Origin: a virus
Lineage: Duplodnaviria; Caudoviricetes
Virus record (IMG/VR): IMGVR_UViG_3300037313_002006
Coordinates: 1-25,458 of that record
Length of the DNA: 25,458 nucleotides
Direction: 5' to 3' (one strand)
Part shown: positions 16,333 through 24,335 of the stretch, in pieces
Layout: each line of letters starts with the position of its first letter
Numbering within the stretch: position 1 is the first letter of the stretch
Translations under genes and position numbers: made by a program
The notes under the pieces: generated by a model
What the model was told of the DNA's origin: nothing
Databases searched by the model: none
What the model saw: only the letters and a program-made list of their open reading frames with translations

Positions 16333-16604
16333 CCGCCCACCGTTCGCCCCACCACCAGCGCTTCCCCAGCAAGCACGGCAGGCCGCGGCGCGTCAGCGCT
16401 GGCCAGTTCGATTCCCCGAAGCTGACTGGAAGTGTGCGGGCGAAACCCAGTCCCTCGGCGATCACCCGGACAATGGGCCGCCTCGGAAACCAGCCCGGAT
16501 GATCCGCCGGGCAGAGGGCAGAAGGACGCCAGGCGCGGCTGATAGCGCCCGGTCGGCTGGAAGGCCGGCGCCAACTGCGAACCGCCGAAACCTCGAGAGG
16601 CCCC

Positions 16605-16757
16605 ATGATCCTGTTCGAACGCCGCCCCGGCTGCGTCCGCGTCGGCTGGCCCGCCTTCCTTGGCTACGCGCGCGCCGGCTCCATAGCGGTGCTCAACATC
16701 CTCGGGCTGCAGTTCGTCCGCGTTGGCGCCTGCTCGGCTATCATCCTCGGCTCATGA
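16605..16757 (+). CDS. Hypothetical 50-aa hydrophobic protein (not in ORF track)
   Basis: GAGAGG RBS; MILFERRPGCVRVGWPAFLGYARAGSIAVLNILGLQFVRVGACSAIILGS; ATGA-coupled to terS. Confidence 0.55.
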   Translation: MILFERRPGCVRVGWPAFLGYARAGSIAVLNILGLQFVRVGACSAIILGS

Positions 16758-17209
16758 GCGAGCCCCGTGGAGAAGGCGCGGGGAAGCGCCGGCCCAAGGA
16801 CGGCGATCTCGAACCGATCCTCGAACTGATCTGGGAAGGACGGAGCCTCCGCTCCGCCTGCGCAGAGCTCGGCCTTCACGTGCCGTCGACGAGCGATTGG
16901 CTCCATGAGGACGAGGGCCGCCGCGAACAGTACGGGCGCGCGCGCGAAGGTCGAGCAGAGTACCTTCAGGAGGACTCGTTGACCGTGAACCGGGCCGCAG
17001 CGCTGGGGATCATGGTCGGCGACAACTCGGTCGATGCTTCGGGGGCGAAGGGCTACCTGGAGGCGGTGAAGTTCGCCATCGGCCGCATGGCGCCGAAGAC
17101 CATCCCGCCGACCCGCATCGATCTGACGAGCCGGACGCGGCAGATGACCGACGAGGAGATCGCGGCAGAGATCGCGGCGCTGGAGGGCGCGGCTCCGGGC
17201 GGAGACTGA
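16754..17209 (+). CDS. terS: Terminase small subunit (Sf6-like)
   Basis: ILELIWEGRSLRSACAELG...DWL.ED...REQY.RARE..AE...K....RMAPK; directly upstream of terL. Confidence 0.85.
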   Translation: MSEPRGEGAGKRRPKDGDLEPILELIWEGRSLRSACAELGLHVPSTSDWLHEDEGRREQYGRAREGRAEYLQEDSLTVNRAAALGIMVGDNSVDASGAKGYLEAVKFAIGRMAPKTIPPTRIDLTSRTRQMTDEEIAAEIAALEGAAPGGD

Positions 17210-17215
17210 CCTCCC

Positions 17216-18802
17216 GTGAATGCGATGGTGCGCCTGGCCAATGGCCGGCAGCTGCCCCGCGACCGGGCAGAGGCTTACCTCGAGCTTCTGCGCGAGCAGC
17301 ATCGCCGGCGCGAGGCGAAGCGGCTGGAGACCGAGCGCGAGGCGATCCTCGCCAAGTGCGCCACGCTCCACGGCTTCATAGAGGAATTCTGGTACGTCCT
17401 CGAGCCAGCGGTGCCGTTCGTCACCGGCTGGGCGATCCGCGCCATGTGCGACCACCTGGAGGCGGTCCACAACGGCTGGATCCAGAACCTTCTGATCACG
17501 GTCCCGCCCGGCACGATGAAGTCGCTGCTGGTCTCGGTCTTCTTCCAGGCGTGGGAGTGGGGACCGAAGGGCCGACCCGACCTGCGCTACCTCGCCACTT
17601 CGTTCTCCGAGGAGAACGTGACGCGGGACTCGAACAAGGTCCGCAAGCTCCTGGAGAGCGAAAAGTACCGCGCCCTATGGGGCGACGAGGTCAAACCGGG
17701 CCAGCGCTGGGGCGTCTACAACTTCGAGAACACCAAGGGTGGCAACCGCGACTGCCGCCCCTTCGGCTCACTAACCGGCGGCCGCGGCGACCGGGTGCTG
17801 ATCGACGACCCGCACTCGGTGAAGATGGCGGAGAGCGATACCCAGCGCGCCGAGACCGTGAAGCAGTACCGCGAAGGCGCCACCGACCGCCTGAACGACA
17901 TCACCAAGTCGGCCACCATCGTCATCATGCAGCGGCTGCACCGCAAGGACGTGGCGGGCGAGATCATCGACCTCGACGTCGGCTTCGTGCACCTGAACCT
18001 GCCGATGGAGTTCGAGCCCAAGCGGCGCTGCGTGACGGTGCTGCGGCCGGCCAACGATGGCAACCCGGCCATCCTGTTCCAGGATCCGCGGCAGGCCGAC
18101 GGCGAGCTGCTCTTCCCAGAGCGATTCCCGGCCGCCGAGGTGGCGCGGCTCAAGAAGCTCAAGGGCTCGTACGCCTGGGCGGGCCAGTACCAGCAGCGCC
18201 CCGCCCCGCGCGACGGCGGCATGTTCAAGCGCTCCGACTTTGCGCCGATCCGCGCCCTGCCGGCGGGGGCCAGGTTCTGCCGGGGCTGGGACTTCGCCGC
18301 GACCGAAGGCGCAGGCGACTTCACCGCCGGCGTGAAAATCGCGGCGGTGCCGGACGGCCGCTACGTCATCGTCAACGTGGTGCGCGGCCAGTGGGGACCG
18401 GGCAACGTGGCCAAGAACCTGCTGCAGACCACCGCGCTGGACGGGGTCGACTGCCGCGTCCGCATCCCCCAGGACCCGGCCGCCGCCGGCAAGACCGACG
18501 CTCAGGCCAAGATCAAGCTGCTGTCCGGCTACAGCGTCCGCGCCAAGCCGGTGAGCGGCGACAAGGAGCAGCGGGCCGACCCGTTCGCGACGCAAGTCGA
18601 GGCCGGGAACGTCTGGATCCTGGTCACGGGCGAGGCGGCAAGGGATGCGTGGATCGAGCCGTTCCTCGAGGAGATCGAGGAGTTCCCCGGCTCCGCCCAC
18701 GACGACCAGGTCGATGCGGTGGCCGACGCCTTCAACGAGCTCGCCCTGGGTCCCGGGCCCGCCACAGCCCTCTTCGGGCGCTACGTAGGGAGGACGAGCT
18801 GA
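17216..18802 (+). CDS. terL: Terminase large subunit
   Basis: Walker A VPPGTMKS, TGGRGD, Walker B VLIDDPH, IMQRLH, YQQRP, nuclease GWDFA...DFTA...HDDQVDA. Confidence 0.95.
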   Translation: MNAMVRLANGRQLPRDRAEAYLELLREQHRRREAKRLETEREAILAKCATLHGFIEEFWYVLEPAVPFVTGWAIRAMCDHLEAVHNGWIQNLLITVPPGTMKSLLVSVFFQAWEWGPKGRPDLRYLATSFSEENVTRDSNKVRKLLESEKYRALWGDEVKPGQRWGVYNFENTKGGNRDCRPFGSLTGGRGDRVLIDDPHSVKMAESDTQRAETVKQYREGATDRLNDITKSATIVIMQRLHRKDVAGEIIDLDVGFVHLNLPMEFEPKRRCVTVLRPANDGNPAILFQDPRQADGELLFPERFPAAEVARLKKLKGSYAWAGQYQQRPAPRDGGMFKRSDFAPIRALPAGARFCRGWDFAATEGAGDFTAGVKIAAVPDGRYVIVNVVRGQWGPGNVAKNLLQTTALDGVDCRVRIPQDPAAAGKTDAQAKIKLLSGYSVRAKPVSGDKEQRADPFATQVEAGNVWILVTGEAARDAWIEPFLEEIEEFPGSAHDDQVDAVADAFNELALGPGPATALFGRYVGRTS

Positions 18803-20397
18803 TGGCCACGGCCGCGACCGCCAGCCCGGACACCCCCAGCGCCGACTACGAGGCGATGCGGCCCTACTGGACCCTCGTCGACAACCTCCTGGGCGGCGCG
18901 GAGGCGATGCGCGCCGCGGGCTGGACCCCGACGTGGCGCGCCGCCACGACGACGAGCGCCAGCTCCAGCGCCAAGCGGGTCGCGGTGGGCGAGAACCCCT
19001 ACCTGCCGCGCTTCCCCGAGGAGGAGGTGACCGACTACCGCTATCGTGTCGCCAACGCGCCCTTCACGAACATCTTCGGCGACATCCTGGCCAACCTGGC
19101 GGCCAAGCCCTTCGCCGAGGAGGTCCAGCTCCAGGACGGCGCCCCGGACCAGTTCTCGGTCCTGGTCGACGACATCGACGGCCGCGGCAACAACCTGCAC
19201 AAGTTCGCCGGCGAGACCTTCTACGCCGGGGCCGGCTACGCCATCGACTGGATCTTCGTCGAGTACTCCAAGGCGCGGCCCCGGACCGATGGCGCGCCGC
19301 TCACCCAGGCCGACGAGCGGGCGCAGGGTCTGCGGCCCTACTGGGTCCACATCGCCGCCACCGACATGCTCGCGGTCTATTCCGAGAAGGTGCGCGGCAA
19401 GGAGATCTTCACCCACGCCCGGTGGCGCGAGTGCGTCACGCGCCGCAGCGGCTTCGCCGAAGTGACGATGGAGCGGATCCGGGTGCTGGACCGTGAGCCC
19501 ATCCTCGACGACTTCGGCCGGGTCATCGACTACCGGCCCGCCACCTTCACCGTCTACGAGCGCCAGGCGAAGACCGGCAGGGTGGGCCGCTCCAGCGGAA
19601 CGCAATGGGCCGTGGTCGACGAAGGCGACATCACCATCGGCGAGATCGCCCTCGTCCCCTTCATCACGGGCAAGCGCCAGGGCTCGTCGTGGCGCTTCGT
19701 GCCGGTGCTGCGCGACGCGGCGCACACCCAGGTGGAGCACTTCCAGGCCGAGGCGGGGCTGAAGTCGATCAAGGAGTTGACCGCCTTCCCCATGCTCGCC
19801 GGCAACGGGGTGCAGCCGGCGCTCGAGAACGGCGTGCCGGTTCCGGTGCCGATCGGGCCGCGCGCCGTGGTCTACGCCCCGCCGACCGGCGCCGACAACG
19901 GCAGCCACGGCGAGTGGACGTTCCTCGAGCCGACGGCGGAGAGCCTGAGGTTCCTGTCGTCCGAGGTGGACCGGATCGAGAAGCAGCTGCGCGAGCTCGG
20001 CCGCCAGCCGCTCACCGCCCAGACCGGCAACCTCACCGTCGTCACCACCGCCTTCGCCGCGCAGAAAGGCAACTCCGCCGTCCAGCAGTGGGCGCTGAAC
20101 CTCAAGGACGCGCTGGAGCAGGCGCTGAAGCTCACGGCGAAGTGGCTGAACGTCGCGGTCGAGCCCGAGGTGCGGGTCTTCACCGATTTCGCCCTCGAGA
20201 TCGGCGACGACAAGGGCCCGCCGACGCTCACCGAGGCGCGCAAGAACGGCGACCTGTCGCGGCGCACGTACTGGAGCGAGCTGCAGCGGCGCAACATCCT
20301 GTCGGCCGACTTCGACGCCGACGCCGAGGAAGCGGCGCTCATCGAGGAGGCGCCGGACGAGGACGACGCCCAAGACATCGAGGACGCTGCCGCCTGA
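18802..20397 (+). CDS. Portal protein (DUF4055-type)
   Basis: ATG 18802 overlaps the terL stop. LLGGAEAMRAAG..YLPRFPEE...Y..R, DDIDGRGNNL, RPYWVH, acidic C-terminus; position after terL. Confidence 0.88.
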   Translation: MATAATASPDTPSADYEAMRPYWTLVDNLLGGAEAMRAAGWTPTWRAATTTSASSSAKRVAVGENPYLPRFPEEEVTDYRYRVANAPFTNIFGDILANLAAKPFAEEVQLQDGAPDQFSVLVDDIDGRGNNLHKFAGETFYAGAGYAIDWIFVEYSKARPRTDGAPLTQADERAQGLRPYWVHIAATDMLAVYSEKVRGKEIFTHARWRECVTRRSGFAEVTMERIRVLDREPILDDFGRVIDYRPATFTVYERQAKTGRVGRSSGTQWAVVDEGDITIGEIALVPFITGKRQGSSWRFVPVLRDAAHTQVEHFQAEAGLKSIKELTAFPMLAGNGVQPALENGVPVPVPIGPRAVVYAPPTGADNGSHGEWTFLEPTAESLRFLSSEVDRIEKQLRELGRQPLTAQTGNLTVVTTAFAAQKGNSAVQQWALNLKDALEQALKLTAKWLNVAVEPEVRVFTDFALEIGDDKGPPTLTEARKNGDLSRRTYWSELQRRNILSADFDADAEEAALIEEAPDEDDAQDIEDAAA

Positions 20398-20987
20398 TGC
20401 CGAAGCCCGCGAAGGCCAAGCCGGCGCGCAAGGCCGTCCCGGTGTTCTTCGTGGAGGCCACCGGCGAGGGCGTGGTCTGGAACACCTACAGCTGCGGCTG
20501 CGGCCGACGCGCCAAGGTCCGCGTGGGACGGTTCGCGGAGGCGGATCGCCCTGAGGGGCACTGGGGAACCGTCATTCCCTGCCCCGACTGCGGCGGGATC
20601 GCGCGCATGTCGTCGCAGGCCTGGGACACGATCTGGCGTCACTCCGGCGGCGCCGAGATCAACCCCGACGGCGGCAACCTGCCCGCAGGCGCGTGCTACG
20701 CCATGGCGCCGGACCGCATGTGGCGCGCCGGCCCAGATGGCCGCGAGCTCGTCGTGGTGCTGCCGGATGGCGTCCACTGGCACATCGACAGCCGCGCCTC
20801 GAACTGCAAGCTGCCGGATCACGAGGCGCACTACTGCTGGGCCAGGACGGGCCGGCCCGAGGACGGGACGCTCGACGTCCGCAAGGGCGATCCGCGCGAC
20901 GCCGGCGGCGGCTCGATCCGGACGGGGCGTTATCACGGCCACCTCAGGAACGGCCAGCTGGTCCCCTGCGGCGACAGCCAGACCTGA
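20397..20987 (+). CDS. Cys/His-rich metal-binding protein, C-terminus DUF6527-like
   Basis: CGCG...CPDCG ribbon, then WHIDSRASNC...HYCW.RTG...GSI....YHGHLRNG.L. Confidence 0.6.
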   Translation: MPKPAKAKPARKAVPVFFVEATGEGVVWNTYSCGCGRRAKVRVGRFAEADRPEGHWGTVIPCPDCGGIARMSSQAWDTIWRHSGGAEINPDGGNLPAGACYAMAPDRMWRAGPDGRELVVVLPDGVHWHIDSRASNCKLPDHEAHYCWARTGRPEDGTLDVRKGDPRDAGGGSIRTGRYHGHLRNGQLVPCGDSQT

Positions 20988-21009
20988 TCATTTTGCCGAG
21001 GTCGGGAAC

Positions 21010-21576
21010 ATGACCACCGCCCTCGTCCTGGGCGGCGCGGACTGCGTCTGGAGGGACGTCGAAGCGGCGCTGGCTCTCGGGGAGTATCAGGCCGTCGTCA
21101 CGTGCAACGATGTCACCGCGCTCTGGCCCGGCCCGATCGATGCGGCGGTATCGCTGCACGCGGAGACGTGGCCCGTATGGCTGCAGCAGCGCGCCCGCAA
21201 CGGCTTCCCCGCGCCGGCCCAGGTGGTCGGCCATGACGCCTTCAAGAAAAGCTCGACGCGCCGCGGCGGCGAGGGGGTCACGACCTGGTCGCCCCAGATG
21301 CTGCCGGGCGAGACGGAATCGGGATCCTCCGGCCTGTTCGCCGCCAAGTTCGCCCTGGTCGACCTGGGCCACGACCGCGCCGTGCTGTGCGGCGTGCCCA
21401 TGACGGCCGAGGCGCGCCACTTCTTCGACAAGCGCTCCTGGGGCGGCGCCGCGGGCCACCGGCGCGGCTGGCGCCAGGCCGAGGCCGCGATCCAGGGGCG
21501 GCTCAAGTCAATGTCGGGTTGGACCAAGGCGCTCCTCGGAGCCCCCAGCCCCGAATGGATCGCCGGCGGCAGCTGA
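21010..21576 (+). CDS. Maf/DUF115-like (sialyltransferase-like Rossmann) putative glycosyltransferase
   Basis: ALVLGGA, VVTCND, SLH, GSSGLFAAKFALVDLGHDRAVLCGVPM, HFF follow the Maf/CstII-like motif order. Confidence 0.6.
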   Translation: MTTALVLGGADCVWRDVEAALALGEYQAVVTCNDVTALWPGPIDAAVSLHAETWPVWLQQRARNGFPAPAQVVGHDAFKKSSTRRGGEGVTTWSPQMLPGETESGSSGLFAAKFALVDLGHDRAVLCGVPMTAEARHFFDKRSWGGAAGHRRGWRQAEAAIQGRLKSMSGWTKALLGAPSPEWIAGGS

Positions 21577-21619
21577 CGGTCACGAGTTCCGGCCATCCGG
21601 CCGGTAGCCGTGCGGGGTA

Positions 21620-21685
21620 GGGCGAGACGCCCGCCGCCGGCCCAGCGCGAGGCGTGACGCCTCACAGAGCGGGGCGAGACGCCCC
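21620..21685 (+). repeat. Three GGCG(A/T)GACGCC palindromic hairpin repeats upstream of the scaffold gene
   Basis: GGGCG-AGA-CGCCC at 21620-21632, GAGGCG-TGA-CGCCTC at 21649-21663, GGGGCG-AGA-CGCCCC at 21671-21685. Confidence 0.85.
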
Positions 21686-21697
21686 AGAAGGTCCGAC

Positions 21698-22516
21698 ATG
21701 AAGCTGAAGACCATCACCGTCCAGGTGGACGGCAAGGAAGTGACCGTGGCCGCCCTCGATGACAAGGGCCTGCCGATCTACGTCCACGACGACGGCAAGG
21801 AGTTCGGCCACGACGCGCCGGCCGCCAACGCCCGCATCGCGGCGCTGAATGCCGAGAGCGCCGAGCGGCGCACCAAGCTGACCGAGGCCGAGGCCAAGCT
21901 GAAGGGCTTCGAGGGCATCGAGGACGCCGAGGCGGCGAAGAAGGCCCTGGAAACCCTGGCCAACATCGACGCGGGCAAGCTGCTCGAGGCCGGCAAGGTC
22001 GAGGAGATCAAGAAGGCGGCGCGGGACGCCGCCGAGGCCCAGATGGCGGACGCGGCGAAGAAGTCGCAGACGCGCATCGCCGAGCTGGAAGGCCAGGTCA
22101 CGGGGCTGAACGCGACGCTCGACAACGAGGTGATCGGCGGCTCGTTCGGGCGGTCCAAGTTCATCGCGGAAAAGTCGGCCATTCCCGCCGACTTCGTGCA
22201 GGCCCGCTTCGGGACCGCCTTCAAGCGCGAGGAAGGCAAGATCGTCGGGTACTACCCCAGCGGCGAGAAGATCTTCTCGCGCTCGAAGATGGGCGAGCTG
22301 GCCGACTTCGACGAGGCGATCGAGCTGCTGATCGATCAACACCCGGACAAGGCGAACATCCTGAAGGGCGACGGCCACTCGGGCGGCGGCGCCGACCACG
22401 GCGACAAGAGCAAGCCGGGCTTCGGCCAACCCGGCAAAGGCAACATGGGCGGGTCACGGGAAGAGCGCGTCGCGGCGATCAAGTCCCGTATCCCTGCGAA
22501 TTTGGGCCAGGCCTAG
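21698..22516 (+). CDS. Capsid scaffolding protein (DUF6651-like)
   Basis: MKLK...GLPIYVHDDGKE...I..LNAES..RR, long coiled coil, FG.AFK.EEGKIV.Y, GELADFDEAIE.L...P.K..ILKG...SGGG; directly before the capsid gene. Confidence 0.85.
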   Translation: MKLKTITVQVDGKEVTVAALDDKGLPIYVHDDGKEFGHDAPAANARIAALNAESAERRTKLTEAEAKLKGFEGIEDAEAAKKALETLANIDAGKLLEAGKVEEIKKAARDAAEAQMADAAKKSQTRIAELEGQVTGLNATLDNEVIGGSFGRSKFIAEKSAIPADFVQARFGTAFKREEGKIVGYYPSGEKIFSRSKMGELADFDEAIELLIDQHPDKANILKGDGHSGGGADHGDKSKPGFGQPGKGNMGGSREERVAAIKSRIPANLGQA

Positions 22517-22612
22517 GCCACCCAAAGCTGGGTTCTCGAACGAGATCCAGCGTCCCGGCGGCGCGTCACGCCGGGCTCCTAGAGAACCCCAAGCAACCCA
22601 AGGAGTAAGACC

Positions 22613-23605
22613 ATGGGCCTCGACCTGATGCATGTCTTCAACGACTACGTGATGCCCGCCACCATCGAAACGCTGGACCAGATGGTGGACAAGTTCAACG
22701 AAGCCTCGGGCGGCGCGATCCGCCTGACCACGGCTGGCTACGACGGCGACTTCTTCCATGAGTCGTTCTACGCCGGCCTGCACTCGGCGCGCCGCCGCGT
22801 CGACCGCTACGGCTCCAACAGCGCCGTGGCGACCACCGACCTCAGCCAGAACAAGGAAACGCGGGTGAAGATCGCCGGCGGCTTCGGCCCCGTGCTGTTC
22901 GAGCCCTCGCAGCTCACCTGGCTGGAAAAGAGCCCGGCCGAGGCCATCGAGGTGATCTCGCGCAACTTCGCCGAGGCGCTCCTGGCCGACCAGCTCAACA
23001 CCGGCATCATGGCGGCGGTTGCGGCGATCGAGAACAACACCGACGCCGTCTACGACGCCTCGACGGCGGTGAGCCCGCCCGGCGGCATCAACTACAAGAC
23101 CATCAACAAGAGCCACGCCAAGTTCGGCGACCACTCCGGCACCATCGTGGCCGAGGTGATGACCGGCGGCCTGATGCACAAGCTCATCGGGCAGAACCTG
23201 TCGAACGCCGAACGGCTCTTCGTCGCGCAGAACGTCCGCGTCATCGACATCCTCGGCCGCATCGTGGTCGTGACCGATGCGCCGGCGCTCTACGAGGACA
23301 ACTCCCCCGGCAACGACATGGAGAAGGTCCTCGGCCTCACCGACTCCGGCGTCGTGATCTCCGATGGCGGTGACGTGATCACCAACATCGATACGAAGAA
23401 CGGCAAGGAGCGGATCGAGACCACCTTCCAGGCCGACTACAGCTTCACGCTGGGCCTGAAGGGCTACGCCTGGGACACCACCTCGGGCGGCAAGTCTCCC
23501 ACCGACGCCGAGCTTGCCACCGGTTCCAACTGGGACCAGGTCGCGACCTCCGTGAAACACACGGCAGGCGTGCTCGCGATCGGCGACGCCACCGTCGACG
23601 AATAG
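22613..23605 (+). CDS. Major capsid protein
   Basis: AAGGAG RBS, 330 aa, FNEASGGAI.L, LGLKGYAWD..SGGKSPTDAELATGSNW...TAGV; position after scaffold. Confidence 0.9.
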   Translation: MGLDLMHVFNDYVMPATIETLDQMVDKFNEASGGAIRLTTAGYDGDFFHESFYAGLHSARRRVDRYGSNSAVATTDLSQNKETRVKIAGGFGPVLFEPSQLTWLEKSPAEAIEVISRNFAEALLADQLNTGIMAAVAAIENNTDAVYDASTAVSPPGGINYKTINKSHAKFGDHSGTIVAEVMTGGLMHKLIGQNLSNAERLFVAQNVRVIDILGRIVVVTDAPALYEDNSPGNDMEKVLGLTDSGVVISDGGDVITNIDTKNGKERIETTFQADYSFTLGLKGYAWDTTSGGKSPTDAELATGSNWDQVATSVKHTAGVLAIGDATVDE

Positions 23606-23625
23606 TCGCCGACGGAAACCACTGC

Positions 23626-23657
23626 GGGCCGGGGCGCGCCACACGCCGCCCCGGCTC
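23626..23657 (+). terminator. Strong GC hairpin after the capsid gene (attenuator or mRNA-stabilising stem; weak U-tract)
   Basis: GGGCCGGGGCG (23626-23636) pairs with CGCCCCGGCTC (23647-23657); followed only by CACTTC. Confidence 0.45.
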
Positions 23658-23676
23658 CACTTCAAGGAACTGCTGA

Positions 23677-24324
23677 ATGTCTCGACCGATCGAGCTTGTC
23701 TACTCGACCCAGCGGAACGGCTTCGTAGAGGGCCGCGCCTACGCCAACCCGCGCTTCTACTCCACGCCGCGGTCGAACATCAGCAAGGTCTACCTCGTGG
23801 GCCAGTCGTGCCCCAACGGCCAGAAGATCCGCGCCGACTACGAGGCGCAGGGCGTGAAGGTCGAGGTCGTGGACGCCGCTGGCGTCACCATGGCCGCCGC
23901 GCCGAAGCGCCAGGCCGCCGCCGCCGCGCCGGCCCACTTCACTGGCCTGCCCGAGGACACCCGCGGCAGCGTCTTCATCCCGGAGGCCTGGGAAGACCTT
24001 CCCTGGACGCCGAAGCCGGACGAGGACCTGTCGCTGCGCGCCCTGGCGGCGATGGTCAGCGACACCCCGATCATCAACAAGGCCCAGGCCAAGGCCGCCA
24101 TCATCGCCGAGCTGGAGCGCCGCAAGGCGACAGCGGACGTGCCTGGATCGGACGAGACGCGGCCGGACGGGGCTGATGCCGGCGACCAGGCGTCCGGCGC
24201 CACGACTGACAGCGAGACCCTCCCGCCGGTGGCGGACGCCGAAGGCCCGACCGAGGCCGAAGGCGCGCCCGCCGAGGGCGACGCCGCCGGCAACGCCGAG
24301 GGCGAGACGGGCGACCAGGCTTAG
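23677..24324 (+). CDS. Post-capsid head-associated protein with HeH/LEM-like segment and acidic disordered tail
   Basis: AAGGA RBS; YANPRFY N-domain; WEDLPW...LRALA.......NKAQA.AAI..ELERR; Asp/Glu/Ala/Pro tail. Confidence 0.7.
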   Translation: MSRPIELVYSTQRNGFVEGRAYANPRFYSTPRSNISKVYLVGQSCPNGQKIRADYEAQGVKVEVVDAAGVTMAAAPKRQAAAAAPAHFTGLPEDTRGSVFIPEAWEDLPWTPKPDEDLSLRALAAMVSDTPIINKAQAKAAIIAELERRKATADVPGSDETRPDGADAGDQASGATTDSETLPPVADAEGPTEAEGAPAEGDAAGNAEGETGDQA

Positions 24325-24335
24325 TCCCAGTCGAG

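Noticed and set aside
16406-16414. GTTCGATTC tRNA T-loop-like motif
   Set aside because: Flanks do not form a T-stem and no cloverleaf or acceptor stem can be built.
16539-16591. CTGATAG...GAAAC resembling a hammerhead ribozyme core
   Set aside because: The core needs CUGANGA, and the three flanking stems could not be assembled.
17356-18801. N-terminal half of the 1013-aa ORF 17356-20397 (apparent giant portal or terL overlap)
   Set aside because: Arg/Pro/Gly-rich off-frame shadow of terL. The portal sequence begins at ATG 18802, coupled to the terL stop with a GGAGG RBS.
21620-21685. Repeats as a mini CRISPR array
   Set aside because: Repeats are only 11-15 bp, spacers are short and unequal, and no cas genes are present.
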